A stretch of 64,000 nucleotides of DNA from Treponemataceae bacterium (GCA_963678065.2 CAXXVZ010000004.1:32001-96000); one strand, 5' to 3'. Counted from the first letter of the stretch, positions 19,935-30,308 are shown. Notes: a model not told the origin generated them from the letters alone. Numbers and translations are program-made.

Positions 19935-21032
19935 ATGGAACATGAAATCCTCGGCTCCGGCCCCCTCCTCGACTCTTCGGGCAGATTGCGCGAGGCTGGC
20001 TGGGCGCGCCATCCCCTTCTCTCCTACGACCGGAGCGCGGTACGGGTGCCAGCCTTCAGGATCAAGGAATGGGACTACTACTGCATCCTGGCAGGCGACA
20101 GTGGCATCGCCCTCACGGTCGCCGACAACGGCTACATGGGACTTCTCTCGGCGACCGTCTTCGACTTCGCGCGACCCGCCGAAGTCACCGATAGCCTCAT
20201 GACGGCCTTCCCCATGGGACGTACGGGCCTGCCTGTCCGTTCGGAGAGCGGAGTCACGGAGATCCGGAGAAAAGGAGTCAGGGTGCGCTTCGAGTCCGGG
20301 GGCGGGAGAAGGACCCTGAGCTTTTCCTGGCCGGATTTCGGGAAAAAGCGCGCAGGTACGGGCGGAACGGCCTGCGGCCTCTCAGGTGAAATCCATCTGA
20401 CCGAACAGGAAGGCGGCGAATCGATGGTGATAGCCACGCCTTTTTTCCGGGCTCCCCGGTCCTTCTATTACAACCAGAAGATCAACTGCCAGGACGCACA
20501 AGGATCGTTCCGGTTCGGCGGCAAAGAGTGCCGCCTCGAGAAGGGGAAAGCCTTCGGCGTGCTCGATTGGGGACGGGGCGTGTGGACCTACGCCAACACC
20601 TGGTACTGGGGCTCCGCCTCGGGGCTGGCCCGCCTCAGAGAGGATGGGGTGACGGGAAAGACGAAAGATGCGCGTCCCAGGAAGACCGGGCCCTTCGGCT
20701 TCAACATCGGCCACGGCTTCGGCGACACGCGCGCGGCGAGCGAGAACATGGTCTTCTTCGAGGGACGAGCCCACAAGATCGGAGAGCTCGAAATCAGCCT
20801 CGATCCGAAGGATTTCATGAAACCCTGGCGCGCCGTCTCGGCGGATGGCCGCTTCGATATGAAGCTTTCGCCTATCCTTGACCGGGCCGCCACGACCAAG
20901 CTCGGGATACTGGTCTCGATACAGCATCAGGTCTTCGGAGACTGGTCCGGCAGGGCGGTCCTCGACGATGGACGCGAGATCAGGGTTGAAAAACTGCGCG
21001 GGTTCTGCGAAAAGGTAGTCAACCGCTGGTAG
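19935..21032 (+). CDS. DUF2804 family protein
   Basis: RIKEWDYY, FYYNQKINC, LDWGRGVW..W.W, GFNIG.GFGD, SENM, QHQVFG. Confidence 0.8.
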   Translation: MEHEILGSGPLLDSSGRLREAGWARHPLLSYDRSAVRVPAFRIKEWDYYCILAGDSGIALTVADNGYMGLLSATVFDFARPAEVTDSLMTAFPMGRTGLPVRSESGVTEIRRKGVRVRFESGGGRRTLSFSWPDFGKKRAGTGGTACGLSGEIHLTEQEGGESMVIATPFFRAPRSFYYNQKINCQDAQGSFRFGGKECRLEKGKAFGVLDWGRGVWTYANTWYWGSASGLARLREDGVTGKTKDARPRKTGPFGFNIGHGFGDTRAASENMVFFEGRAHKIGELEISLDPKDFMKPWRAVSADGRFDMKLSPILDRAATTKLGILVSIQHQVFGDWSGRAVLDDGREIRVEKLRGFCEKVVNRW

Positions 21033-21164
21033 GCCGGAAGACGGCCCCGACGAGAGACGGCGCCGGATGAGGCGAAACTCAACATCAAACGAGGAGAGCA
21101 CATGAAGAGCGATTTTGCGCTGAAGGCGTCCCGGGCTGCCATGGCCCCGGCGGGAGCCTGAGGC

Positions 21165-22061
21165 ATGGATATCAATACCGGTGCCCTCGCGGCGCTCGCG
21201 ACCGCTTTCGCGTGGACGGTGACGGCCCTCTCTTTCGAATACGCCGGCAAGCGGATCGGGGCGTTTGCCCTCAACTTCCTCAGACTCGCTGTCGGCTGCG
21301 TCTTTCTCGGAATCTACGGCCTCGCCGTCCGGGGACGGTTTTTCCCGTTCGATGCGCCCGCCTCGGCGTGGATCGGACTCGGCGCTTCCGGCCTCGTCGG
21401 GCTCGTCGTAGGGGACCTTCTCCTTTTCCAGGCCTTCATCGACTCGGGCTCCCGTGTCTCGATGCTGATTTACGCGACCTCTCCCGCCATGACCGCCATC
21501 CTCGGCTTTTTCATCCTCGGAGAGAGGATAGCGCCTGCCGGCATCGGAGGGATGGCGCTGACCCTCGCAGGAATCGCGCTCGCCGTTCTGGGCAGAGGAG
21601 AGGATGGAGGCAGGAACAAAAAACCGGCCTATCTGCGCGGGATCCTGCTCGCCTTCGGGGCGACGGCGGGACAGGCTGCGGGGCTCATTCTGGGCAAGTC
21701 AGGCGCGGGGAACATGGATCCTTTCGCAGGGACCCAGATCCGGGTGACGGCCGGGGTTCTCGGCTTTCTCGTCATCATGCTGCTGACACGCTCTTTCCGC
21801 GGACTCGGGGCCGCGCTGCGCGACCGGAAAGCCCTCGCCAGCCTCAGTCTCGGATCATTCTTCGGCCCCTTCCTCGGCGTTTCTCTCAGCCTGCTCGCCG
21901 TCCAGAAGACCTCTGCCGGCATAGCCTCGGCCGTCATGTCGATAACGCCGATCCTCATAATCCCGCCCGCGGCCCTCATCCTGAAGGAGAAGGTCAGTAT
22001 CCGGGAAATCTCGGGCTCGATCCTGGCGGTGGCAGGGGTCTTCGTCCTCTTCCTCGCCTGA
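21165..22061 (+). CDS. DMT/EamA family transporter
   Basis: About 10 TM segments in two EamA repeats; LGER, LKEKV. Confidence 0.88.
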   Translation: MDINTGALAALATAFAWTVTALSFEYAGKRIGAFALNFLRLAVGCVFLGIYGLAVRGRFFPFDAPASAWIGLGASGLVGLVVGDLLLFQAFIDSGSRVSMLIYATSPAMTAILGFFILGERIAPAGIGGMALTLAGIALAVLGRGEDGGRNKKPAYLRGILLAFGATAGQAAGLILGKSGAGNMDPFAGTQIRVTAGVLGFLVIMLLTRSFRGLGAALRDRKALASLSLGSFFGPFLGVSLSLLAVQKTSAGIASAVMSITPILIIPPAALILKEKVSIREISGSILAVAGVFVLFLA

Positions 22062-22088
22062 GGGCTCTCGCGGGAGAAGGGATTCGGG

Positions 22089-23372
22089 TCAACTCTCCGG
22101 CGAGGCGTTCTTCCCTATAAGTTTCAACACGAGCCTGTCCGTCGCCAGCATGCCGGGGTCGTTCAGCTCCCCGAGATTCGCGAATGAATCCTCGGCGGTC
22201 GCGCCGACTATCCCCATTCCGGCTGGAATCGACACGCCCTCCATCGCCGCGAAGGCAGCCTGGATCGCGAGCGAGGCCGATGTGCTCAGCTTGTAGGCGC
22301 AGGATTCTTTCGCGCCGTCGCAGAGCATGCCGGCAAGCGTTCCGATCACCGTCTGCATCGCCCGCTCGGCCGCGGAAAAATCGCCGCCGAGGAGGTACAC
22401 AGTGCCCGCCGCCACGCCGGTCGAGGCCGCGACCGCGCAGCCGCAGAACGCCGTCATGCGGTGCACGTGGCTCTTGATCATGATGGTGACCACCGCCCCG
22501 CGCGCGAGCGCCCTCGCGAGGAGAGCCCGCGGAGAGCCGAGGGTTTCGGCCGCCGCCAGGATGCCGAGCGTGACTGTGATGCCGTGATTGCCGCTTCCTG
22601 CGATAGCCATGACCGGGACCTTCAGTCCGGCCATACGCGCCTCGCTCGCCGCGGCTGTCCACACCTGTGCAAAGCTCATGGCGGCAAAGGGCTGAGGCGT
22701 GACCGAGGATCGCCGATCGAGGGAGCGCCCCAGTTTCAGCGACGGGTCCTCAAGTCCGATGTCCGCCGCCCTCCGGTTGACCTGCGCTGCCTGCAGGAGG
22801 AATTCCAGGTCTTCCGCGGTCATGGCATCGATGAGCCCGAACAGCGTTTCGAGCGTGCTGCCCGCGAGCGCATTCTGAACCTCCGAGGCTTTCGCGAAAG
22901 GCGATGAAAGGATGACGTCGCCGTCGCGGACCACTTCGGTGATGTTCGAGTAATCGTTCATGATGACGGCGCGCGCGCGATGTCCGCCCGAGGAGAGCTC
23001 CGCCCGGATGTAAAGGGGATCGGGCGCGTCGGCGTAATGCACCAGCACACGCCCTGCCGATACGAGCTTTCGCGCCTGTTCAAGAAGCCCGGGCGTCACG
23101 GAATCGAAGATCGCGAGACCGGCCTCGCATCGGTCGATCACCGCTCCGAGAGCCGCGGCGATGACGAGTCCGCGCTCGCCGGTCCCGGGGACGCCTACGC
23201 TGATTCCGTTTTTGAACACGTTGGGACTGACGAGGACATCTACTGTCTCGGGCCTCGTTCCCAGCTCGCGCGCCGCGCGGGCCACGGCCAGCGCGACCGC
23301 CCCGGGATCGGTGCACCCGGTCGATCGCTCCAGTTCACTTTTGAGAAGGTTCAGTAAAGATGGTATGTCCAC
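22089..23372 (-). CDS. cyuA: L-cysteine desulfidase family protein (CyuA/YhaM, serine dehydratase alpha-like)
   Basis: GCTDP, KNG..VG.PGTG, ARMAG, AGSGNHG, FCGC, GMLCDGAKESCAYK; GTG start inferred from RBS spacing. Confidence 0.82.
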   Translation of the reverse strand: MDIPSLLNLLKSELERSTGCTDPGAVALAVARAARELGTRPETVDVLVSPNVFKNGISVGVPGTGERGLVIAAALGAVIDRCEAGLAIFDSVTPGLLEQARKLVSAGRVLVHYADAPDPLYIRAELSSGGHRARAVIMNDYSNITEVVRDGDVILSSPFAKASEVQNALAGSTLETLFGLIDAMTAEDLEFLLQAAQVNRRAADIGLEDPSLKLGRSLDRRSSVTPQPFAAMSFAQVWTAAASEARMAGLKVPVMAIAGSGNHGITVTLGILAAAETLGSPRALLARALARGAVVTIMIKSHVHRMTAFCGCAVAASTGVAAGTVYLLGGDFSAAERAMQTVIGTLAGMLCDGAKESCAYKLSTSASLAIQAAFAAMEGVSIPAGMGIVGATAEDSFANLGELNDPGMLATDRLVLKLIGKNASPES

Positions 23373-23427
23373 AGGCATTCTCCGATAGATGGGTGAGTGT
23401 CGCCGCAGGGCAGCGGGCAGGAGAGGA

Positions 23428-24867
23428 TCAGGAGCGCAGGGCCTGCCAGGCGGCTCCCAGCCTGAGCTCGGCGACTCTGCCCCTTTCTTCCGCATCGCCG
23501 AGAATCCTCTCGATCCGCGCGACCGCGCGCTCCAGTTCCCCGTAGACCGGGGTCATTCCCGCCGGGGCCGGCCCGCCGGGGACCTCGCGGACCGCTACGA
23601 AGTGGGCGGGCGCCAGTATGGCCGCGATCCGGTCGTCGTCGAAAGGCAGTTCCCTCCCCGTGCTGGAGCTGAAGGCCTCCCGCATAGCGCCAGGGGCGTT
23701 CCCCGAGCGCACGAAGGCCGACGAGACCGCGTGCGCCGTGCGGAAGCCGATGCCTGCCTCCCTCACCATGGTATCGGCGAGTTCGGTCGTGGTGACACCG
23801 TAGGCGAGAGCGATACGGCGGACCGCAGATTCGTTCGACGTGACGTTGGAGATGATTTCGGCGACGAGGGCCGTGGCCGAGCCGGCCGGGCCGAGGGTCT
23901 CGATGAGCGCGCTCACAGGAGCGTCGGCGGCTTCGTTGACGTCCTGGAAGGGCACGTTGCGGTACAGAGTGCGCATCGCGGCGCAGGCGCCCATAGCCAT
24001 CCCCGACTGTATCCGCGCGTGTTCGAGGATCACGGGGTTGCGCTTCTGCGGCATGATGCTGCTCGCCTGCACGAGCGAATCGGGGAAATCGACGAGGCCG
24101 ACCTCGCAGCTCGCCTTGTGCAAAAGGTCCGCGACGAAGCGCGCGTAATCGGAAAGGAGCTCTTCGAGCGCGGCCGCGGGTCGCGTGAGCCAGTGCGAGG
24201 TGGAGATGGCCTGGTAGGTGTTGCAGACGAATCCGGGAAAGCCGAGAAGCTCGGCGACGCGGGCGCGGTTCAGGGGGAAACCCGTCCCCGTGATGGCGCA
24301 GGCTCCCATCGTGGAGCGGTCGAGTCGCCCGAGGGCGGCGCCCAGATCCTCCAGATCCTCGGCGAGTTCCGAGGCGAAAGCCGTGAGGTAATGCTCCATC
24401 GTCGACACGTTCGCCGGCTGGCCGTGGGTGTACAGCACGGTGAGCTCTTCCCTGCCCGCCTTCGCGCGCGCGATCGTCGTCGTCAGCAGGCGGAGAACTT
24501 CCCGGCAGAACGCGACTAGCGCGCGCCGGAGCGCCATGCGGAATACGGTCGTGTCCATGTCGTTCCTGCTCCGGGCGGTGTGCAGGAAGGCCGCGAGATC
24601 CGCCCCTATCCTCCTCTCGAGTTCACGCTCGAACACGAAGTAGAGGTCCTCCACGCCGTCCGGGATCGACTCGGGGTATTCGAAGTCCTCCCCGATCGCG
24701 TCGACGGCCGCGGCTATACGCGCGGCCGTCTCCTTCGTCAGGATGCCGCTCTCGGCCAGACCGACGAGGTGGGCGCGGTGCACCGCCATCGCGTCTTCGG
24801 CGTAGAGCCTCTTCCAGTTGCTGTATGCGGGGTCCAGAACCCTCTGGGTGTATACGGGAGAAAACAT
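23428..24867 (-). CDS. Argininosuccinate lyase-like protein (fumarase/aspartase superfamily), divergent
   Basis: HTARSRND, YTHGQPA, SSIMPQKRNP, TTTELAD, FRTAH; RBS AAGGAGG. Confidence 0.85.
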   Translation of the reverse strand: MFSPVYTQRVLDPAYSNWKRLYAEDAMAVHRAHLVGLAESGILTKETAARIAAAVDAIGEDFEYPESIPDGVEDLYFVFERELERRIGADLAAFLHTARSRNDMDTTVFRMALRRALVAFCREVLRLLTTTIARAKAGREELTVLYTHGQPANVSTMEHYLTAFASELAEDLEDLGAALGRLDRSTMGACAITGTGFPLNRARVAELLGFPGFVCNTYQAISTSHWLTRPAAALEELLSDYARFVADLLHKASCEVGLVDFPDSLVQASSIMPQKRNPVILEHARIQSGMAMGACAAMRTLYRNVPFQDVNEAADAPVSALIETLGPAGSATALVAEIISNVTSNESAVRRIALAYGVTTTELADTMVREAGIGFRTAHAVSSAFVRSGNAPGAMREAFSSSTGRELPFDDDRIAAILAPAHFVAVREVPGGPAPAGMTPVYGELERAVARIERILGDAEERGRVAELRLGAAWQALRS

Positions 24868-24926
24868 CGTGCCTCCTTGCGCGGTATTCGGTGGGCGGGG
24901 TTTTGCAGGACGGATCGTCCCACCTC

Positions 24927-25943
24927 TCACTCGATCCGGAGAAGACCCGCGATGTTCCTGTAGAGAACCGCGTCCACCTCGGACTCGTCGAAGCCGTTGT
25001 CGAACATCTCGCGGACCTGGACGTCGAGGTAGGCGTCCGCGAACCCGCGGGGGAACCAGCTCGAGTCGGTTCCGAAAATGATGCGCGAGGCGCCTATTGT
25101 CTCGCGGTATTTGCGCAGGAGCGAGGCGAGGTCGACCGGATAGGGCATCCAGCGCATCCACTGGTTCGATCCGGATGTGTCGATATAGACGTTGGGGCAT
25201 GCCCAGCAGAGGTTGAGGGTCTCGAAGATGTAGCCGCAGCCGAAGTGCGGGATGATGATGGGCATGCGGGGAAAGCGCTTCGCGACGTCGTGGATGACGA
25301 TCGGGTTGATGTTGATGTGGTTCGCGATGCCGCCCGCCCCGCCCATGATGCCGAAGTGGATGAGGACAGGTATCTCCCGCTCCGACGCGACCTCCCATAT
25401 CGGGTAAAAGGAGGGATCGTCGAGGCGGCGGTCGATCTTCGGACCGAGAAGCTTGTAGCCGCGCAGATCCCCCTCCGTCACCGCTTTCTCGAGGCGGCCG
25501 GCCGCGTCGGGCAGCAGCGGATCATGGTGGGCGTAGGCGTAGAACTTCCCGGGATTGCGCGCCGCGAGAGCCGACGCGAAGTCGTTGCTGCCCGCCGTGA
25601 CGAAGACGACGGCGCGCAGGTACTCCCGCCTGTCGACCTCACCCTGCCAGAGGCGCTCGCCCTCCTCCTTCGAGACTGACGTGGCGGCCGGAAAGCGCCA
25701 GGCGGCCTCCCAGCGGGCCTTCTCGGCCTCGAGCCAGGGGTGCTCGGCTTTGCCGGAGCGGCCGCTCGTGTAGCCAGTGCCCTTGTCCGCGCCGGAGAGG
25801 TCGCTGGTTGTGGCGTCGCTGGCTGCGGCGGCGGCATTTGGCGCTCCGCCGGGCGCTTCGGCGCCGGCAGAGGCGGGAGCGGGGCTCCCGTCGTCGATGA
25901 TTCTGTCTTCGGGGAAATGTACGTGCGAATCGATTACGCGCAT
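24927..25943 (-). CDS. Amidohydrolase_2 family TIM-barrel metallohydrolase
   Basis: IDSHVH, PVLIHFG, IIPHFG, NVYIDTSG, IIFGTDS. Confidence 0.88.
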   Translation of the reverse strand: MRVIDSHVHFPEDRIIDDGSPAPASAGAEAPGGAPNAAAAASDATTSDLSGADKGTGYTSGRSGKAEHPWLEAEKARWEAAWRFPAATSVSKEEGERLWQGEVDRREYLRAVVFVTAGSNDFASALAARNPGKFYAYAHHDPLLPDAAGRLEKAVTEGDLRGYKLLGPKIDRRLDDPSFYPIWEVASEREIPVLIHFGIMGGAGGIANHININPIVIHDVAKRFPRMPIIIPHFGCGYIFETLNLCWACPNVYIDTSGSNQWMRWMPYPVDLASLLRKYRETIGASRIIFGTDSSWFPRGFADAYLDVQVREMFDNGFDESEVDAVLYRNIAGLLRIE

Positions 25944-25947
25944 GGGC

Positions 25948-26775
25948 CTATCCTTTGAGTCCGGTCATGGCGATGCCCCGGACGATCTGTTTCTGGAACA
26001 GAAGGAAGATGACGACGAGGGGCAGCATGGAGACGGTAGCCCCTGTCATGATGAGGTGCCAGTCGCTGCCGGCTTCGCCCGAGAAGTTGGCGAGCCCTAC
26101 CGGCAGGGTGAACATCGCCGGCTTGGAGGCGATGATGAGGGGCCAGAGGAAGGCGTTCCAGTTGCCGATGAAGTTGAAGATCGCGAGGGTCGCGAGAGCC
26201 GGCGTCACGAGGGGCATGACGACGGTCAAAAAAATGCCGAGTTCGCCCCGCCCGTCGATCCGCGCCGCGTCGATGAGATCGTCGGGTATCGTCGACATGA
26301 ACTGGCGCATCAGGAAGACGCCGAATGCGCTGATCATGCCGGGAAACATGATGCCCCAGTAGGTATTTCCCCACTTGAGCGCGCGGGAGAGGGCGTACCA
26401 GGGGATGACGAGCATCTCGGTGGGTATCATGAGTGTGCTGATGATGAGGAGGAAGATAGCCTTCTTTCCGGGAAAACTGAACTTCGAGAGGGTGTAGCCC
26501 AGGAGCGAATCGAAGAAGAGGACGGAGCATGTGGTGCATACCGCGACGATAGCGCTGTTGAGGAACCAGTGCGGGAAGCGGGAGTGGCTCGACAGGAGGA
26601 TGAAGGAGTAGTTGTCGAGGGTCGGCCTTTCCGGGAAGAGCCTGAGCTGGAATATCTGCGTCGCGTCCTTGAAGGACGACAGGAGCATCCAGATGAAGGG
26701 GAAAACCATGGTCACGGAGAGAAGAATCAGGATGGCGTAGGAGGCCGCCATCGTGGCCTTTTTGTCTGTCGTCAT
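25948..26775 (-). CDS. Carbohydrate ABC transporter permease (MalG type)
   Basis: FLMRQF, DAARIDG, WNAFLWPLI; start MTTDKK after GGAGG. Confidence 0.92.
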   Translation of the reverse strand: MTTDKKATMAASYAILILLSVTMVFPFIWMLLSSFKDATQIFQLRLFPERPTLDNYSFILLSSHSRFPHWFLNSAIVAVCTTCSVLFFDSLLGYTLSKFSFPGKKAIFLLIISTLMIPTEMLVIPWYALSRALKWGNTYWGIMFPGMISAFGVFLMRQFMSTIPDDLIDAARIDGRGELGIFLTVVMPLVTPALATLAIFNFIGNWNAFLWPLIIASKPAMFTLPVGLANFSGEAGSDWHLIMTGATVSMLPLVVIFLLFQKQIVRGIAMTGLKG

Positions 26776-26783
26776 GCCGCCTC

Positions 26784-27671
26784 CTAATAACTCGCCTTGC
26801 GGTCGAAGAACTTGAGCTGGAGGAGGGTGACGGCCATGATGATGGCGAAGAGGATGAGGCTGGCCGCGGCCGCCCTGCCCAGCTCGAACTTCATGAAGGC
26901 CGACTGGTATATGTAGAGGGCCGCCGACTTGGTCGAATTGAGGGGGCCTCCCATGGCCTGCGTCGACATGTTGTAGACGGGCGTGAATATCCTGAGGAAC
27001 TGGATACCCTGCATGATCGCGAGAAAAAGGGTGATCGGAAGGAGGAGGGGGAGGATGATGCGGAAGAGAACCGTCCTGCCCGTGGCCCCGTCGATCTTCG
27101 CGGCCTCGATGCAGTCGGAGGGGATGGTCTGGATTCCCGCGAGGAAGACCGTCACGCAGTAGCCGAGCTCGACCCATACGTTGACCGCGAGGATGGAATA
27201 GAGGGCAGTTTTCGGACTGTTCAGAAATTCCTGCGCAGGAAGTCCGAGCGATCCGAGAACATTGTTGATGAGACCGAGCGGCGGCGTCTGGAACATCCAG
27301 CGCCAGACCCAGCTCACCGCGACGATGGGCGTGATGTAGGGCAGGACGTAGATGAGCCTGAAGAGTCCCTTTCCGCGCCCGATCCCGTTGAGCAGGAGCG
27401 CTATCGCGAGGCTGATCACGATGACGGCCGGCGCGCCGATGAGGGAATAGCGCGCCGTATTCCCGAGCGAAGAGAGGAATGCGGGGTCGCCGAAGACGGC
27501 TTTGAAGTTTTCCAGGCCGATGAACGCGTTCGTCTTGCGCAAAAGGCTCCAGTCCGTCAGGCTGCGCCCCATCATGTAGAGCATGGGGCCGAATCGCACG
27601 CCGAGGAAGAAGATCAGCGGCAGGACAAGAAAGAGGTATGCCGTCACGGCTCGTTTCTTTGCCAGAGTCAT
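26784..27671 (-). CDS. Carbohydrate ABC transporter permease (MalF type)
   Basis: FIGLENF, LAGIQTIP..EAAKIDGA, GGPLNST. Confidence 0.92.
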   Translation of the reverse strand: MTLAKKRAVTAYLFLVLPLIFFLGVRFGPMLYMMGRSLTDWSLLRKTNAFIGLENFKAVFGDPAFLSSLGNTARYSLIGAPAVIVISLAIALLLNGIGRGKGLFRLIYVLPYITPIVAVSWVWRWMFQTPPLGLINNVLGSLGLPAQEFLNSPKTALYSILAVNVWVELGYCVTVFLAGIQTIPSDCIEAAKIDGATGRTVLFRIILPLLLPITLFLAIMQGIQFLRIFTPVYNMSTQAMGGPLNSTKSAALYIYQSAFMKFELGRAAAASLILFAIIMAVTLLQLKFFDRKASY

Positions 27672-27701
27672 CCAGAATCCTCCGTCGGGAATCCGTGTTG
27701 C

Positions 27702-27745
27702 GCCGCAGGTCCCCCCCGCGCGTGATGCGACCGGGGGCCTGCGGC
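27702..27745 (-). other. Intercistronic GC hairpin after the binding-protein gene (probable mRNA stabiliser or attenuator)
   Basis: GCCGCAGG(T)CCCCC ... GGGGGCCTGCGGC inverted repeat. Confidence 0.55.
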
Positions 27746-27761
27746 ATTGTCGTCCGGTCGA

Positions 27762-29015
27762 TTATTTCCAGAAATCGTCGATGAGTTTCTGTTCCTTGGC
27801 AGCGGTCTGCTTCAGGACGTCGGCGACCTTCGCGCCTTTGAGGTTGATCTCGTCGACCATGTCCACGAAGAGAGTCCTCTGGCCGGCTTCGTCGACATAG
27901 GCCGTCGCCTTGGCGTAGGGAAGACCTTTGAGGAAGACGCTGACGTAGGGGTCGTTCTTGTGAGCTTCGCCTATCTTCGGATTCGCGGGCAGTTCTCCGA
28001 CTTTTGCGAGCCAGAGCTCCATGACCTCAGGAGAGGTGATGAACTTGAGGAACTTCACGGAGGCTTCGAGCTTCTTGCCGCTCACGCCCGAGACGATGCC
28101 GTGGGTCCAGAAGGAGGCGAAATTCGACTTGATTCCCTTGTTCGTCGGGAGTTCGGCGGCGCCCCACTCGAGGTCCTTGACCGCGTTGAGGGTGGCGATG
28201 CGGAAGGAGCCGTCGATGTTCATCGCGGCTTTCTGGGCTTTGAAGGCGGTGACATCGTCCGTCGCGAAGTTAGGGTACCCGACCTTGTCTTTCATGATGC
28301 GGTCCATGTACCACTGGAGGGCCGCGGCGGCCTCGGGGGTGTTGTACTGCACTTTCCTGTAGCCGGCGTCGTAGGGTGTGTTGCCGAACTGCCTGAAGAG
28401 AACCTCGCGGATCCAGCTGTGGCCCTGGCCGTTGGGCTGCATCGCGAGTCCGGCCTGGATGAGGTTGCCCTGGGCGTCGTACTTGGACAGCTTCTTCGCG
28501 AAGGCCGCGAGCTCGTCGAGGGTCTTGGGCGGAACGTTCGGGTCGAGCCCGGCCTCTTTGAAGAGCTTCTTGTTCCAGATGAGGGCGAGGGTCCGCACGG
28601 CGGTGGGCACCGAGTACAGTTTTCCGTCGAAGTCCACATTCTCCACGACGAAGGGATAGAAGGTGCTCTTCATGTAGTCGGCGGAGAAATCGGTCTTCGG
28701 GAGCTCCTGGATGTAGCCGGCCTTCACGTACATCGGCAGCCAGCCGCAGAAGAGGTTGATGAGGTCCGGACCTTCGCCCGCGGGGATGGAGGCCGCGACC
28801 TTCTGGTTGTAGCTCTCGTAGGGGAAGGTCACCTGCTCGACCTTGATGTCGGGGTTCTTCTGCATGAACTGCTTGATGAGCTCGTCCATGAGCTCCACCT
28901 TGGACTGGTAGTAATACTGCCAGTAGGTGATGGTCACCTTCTGCGCGGATGCGGAAACCGCGGAGAAGGCCACAAGCGCCACCAGAACGAGCGCTATGCC
29001 ACGGAATCGTTTCAT
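27762..29015 (-). CDS. Carbohydrate ABC transporter substrate-binding protein
   Basis: Signal peptide; NPDIKVEQ, GEGPD, WNKKLFKEAGLDP..PPKTLDEL. Confidence 0.92.
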   Translation of the reverse strand: MKRFRGIALVLVALVAFSAVSASAQKVTITYWQYYYQSKVELMDELIKQFMQKNPDIKVEQVTFPYESYNQKVAASIPAGEGPDLINLFCGWLPMYVKAGYIQELPKTDFSADYMKSTFYPFVVENVDFDGKLYSVPTAVRTLALIWNKKLFKEAGLDPNVPPKTLDELAAFAKKLSKYDAQGNLIQAGLAMQPNGQGHSWIREVLFRQFGNTPYDAGYRKVQYNTPEAAAALQWYMDRIMKDKVGYPNFATDDVTAFKAQKAAMNIDGSFRIATLNAVKDLEWGAAELPTNKGIKSNFASFWTHGIVSGVSGKKLEASVKFLKFITSPEVMELWLAKVGELPANPKIGEAHKNDPYVSVFLKGLPYAKATAYVDEAGQRTLFVDMVDEINLKGAKVADVLKQTAAKEQKLIDDFWK

Positions 29016-29177
29016 GCCTTGCCTCCTTCTTGCCTTGGGTCGACGCCGGCGATCGGCGCCGGGACAGCCCTCAGGCGTATTGCAGGCGGCTGAAGCGGCC
29101 GGGCCCGGCCCGGTGACGCTCCTCGCCGCGAAAAACCTGATTCTAGAGGGTTCCGCCTATCCGGAATCCCCCTCCGC

Positions 29178-30287
29178 CTAGCCGGAGAAGACAGCCTTCA
29201 GCCAGGATTCCATCGCGAGAGCCGCCGCTCCGGCCACGCCGGGTTCGGACGACTCTGGCGGTTCGCACGAGACCTGCATCGGGCAAAGCCGCCCGAGCCA
29301 GTCGCGCAGCCGCTCGAGAAGGGCCGGCCCGAATCGCTCACGCCCCGCGCGCCCGATCACCACCCGGTCGATATCGAGCGCGACACAGATGTTCGCGAGG
29401 GCGAGGGCGAGCAGGGACGCCACACGGTCGAGGGAGGCCAAGGAGAGCCCGCCTTCACTCTCGGCCTCGTCCCAGAACGAGGTGAGATCCATCCGCCCCT
29501 CGAGCCAGCCCGGTATCCCGGCGGAAGACGTGCTTCCTCCCTCAAGGACCATGTAGCCGATCTCGCCCGCGCAGGAGCGGGGCCCGCTCCTGAGTCTTCC
29601 ATCCAGGACGAGCCCTGCGCCGACTCCGCGTCCCAACTCGACGAAGACGAGGTCGCCTCCCTCGCCGGGCCCGCGCGCGGCGAGCTCGCCCAAGGCGGCG
29701 GCATTCGCATCGTTCACGACGAGGACGGGGAATCCGAGCTCCGCCTCGAGCCCGGCCGTCAAGGGCGCGTAGTCGATGTCATCCTTGATTCCGACGAGGG
29801 GTGCACGCTCTATGACGCAGCGAAGGGGATCCACGACGCCCGGCACACCGACGCCGACGCCCCGGACGAGATTCCGCGGCACGCCGGACTGTTCGATGAG
29901 CGCTTCGATCTCGCGGGAGAGAAGGGAGCCGAGAAGAACGCGCAGATCGGGCGGGGCCGGGGAGCGCCGGAGAGTGTGGATTCTCCCCGAGAGGTCTACG
30001 AGGCCGACGCTCAGGTGCAGGCCGTCGTATTCTGTCCCCACGGCGTAGGCCGCGCAGGATTCGAAGCGGATGAGCATGGGCTTCCTGCCGAGGGCGGACT
30101 CGCCCTCGCCTGCCATGCCCACAATGCCGAGCGCGGAATAGTAGTCGATTATCTTGATGACCGTCGGGGCGCTGACGCCGCAGAGGCGGGTGATCTCCGC
30201 CTTGGAGATTTCCCCCTCGGACCGGATCAGGTCATAGACGACCTTGCGGTTGTGCTCTTTCAGGTCGGAAGCGACATGGGACCGCAT
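29178..30287 (-). CDS. ROK family transcriptional repressor
   Basis: N-terminal HTH (ISKAEI..GVSAPTV, GRKP), GVGVPG, NDANAAALGE, GVGAG, AGEIG. Confidence 0.9.
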   Translation of the reverse strand: MRSHVASDLKEHNRKVVYDLIRSEGEISKAEITRLCGVSAPTVIKIIDYYSALGIVGMAGEGESALGRKPMLIRFESCAAYAVGTEYDGLHLSVGLVDLSGRIHTLRRSPAPPDLRVLLGSLLSREIEALIEQSGVPRNLVRGVGVGVPGVVDPLRCVIERAPLVGIKDDIDYAPLTAGLEAELGFPVLVVNDANAAALGELAARGPGEGGDLVFVELGRGVGAGLVLDGRLRSGPRSCAGEIGYMVLEGGSTSSAGIPGWLEGRMDLTSFWDEAESEGGLSLASLDRVASLLALALANICVALDIDRVVIGRAGRERFGPALLERLRDWLGRLCPMQVSCEPPESSEPGVAGAAALAMESWLKAVFSG

Positions 30288-30308
30288 TCGATTCGCTCCT
30301 CTCGGGGG

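Noticed and set aside
23428..24867. Annotation as biosynthetic argH
   Set aside because: Divergent motifs, a catabolic transporter context and no other arg genes; kept as ArgH-like.
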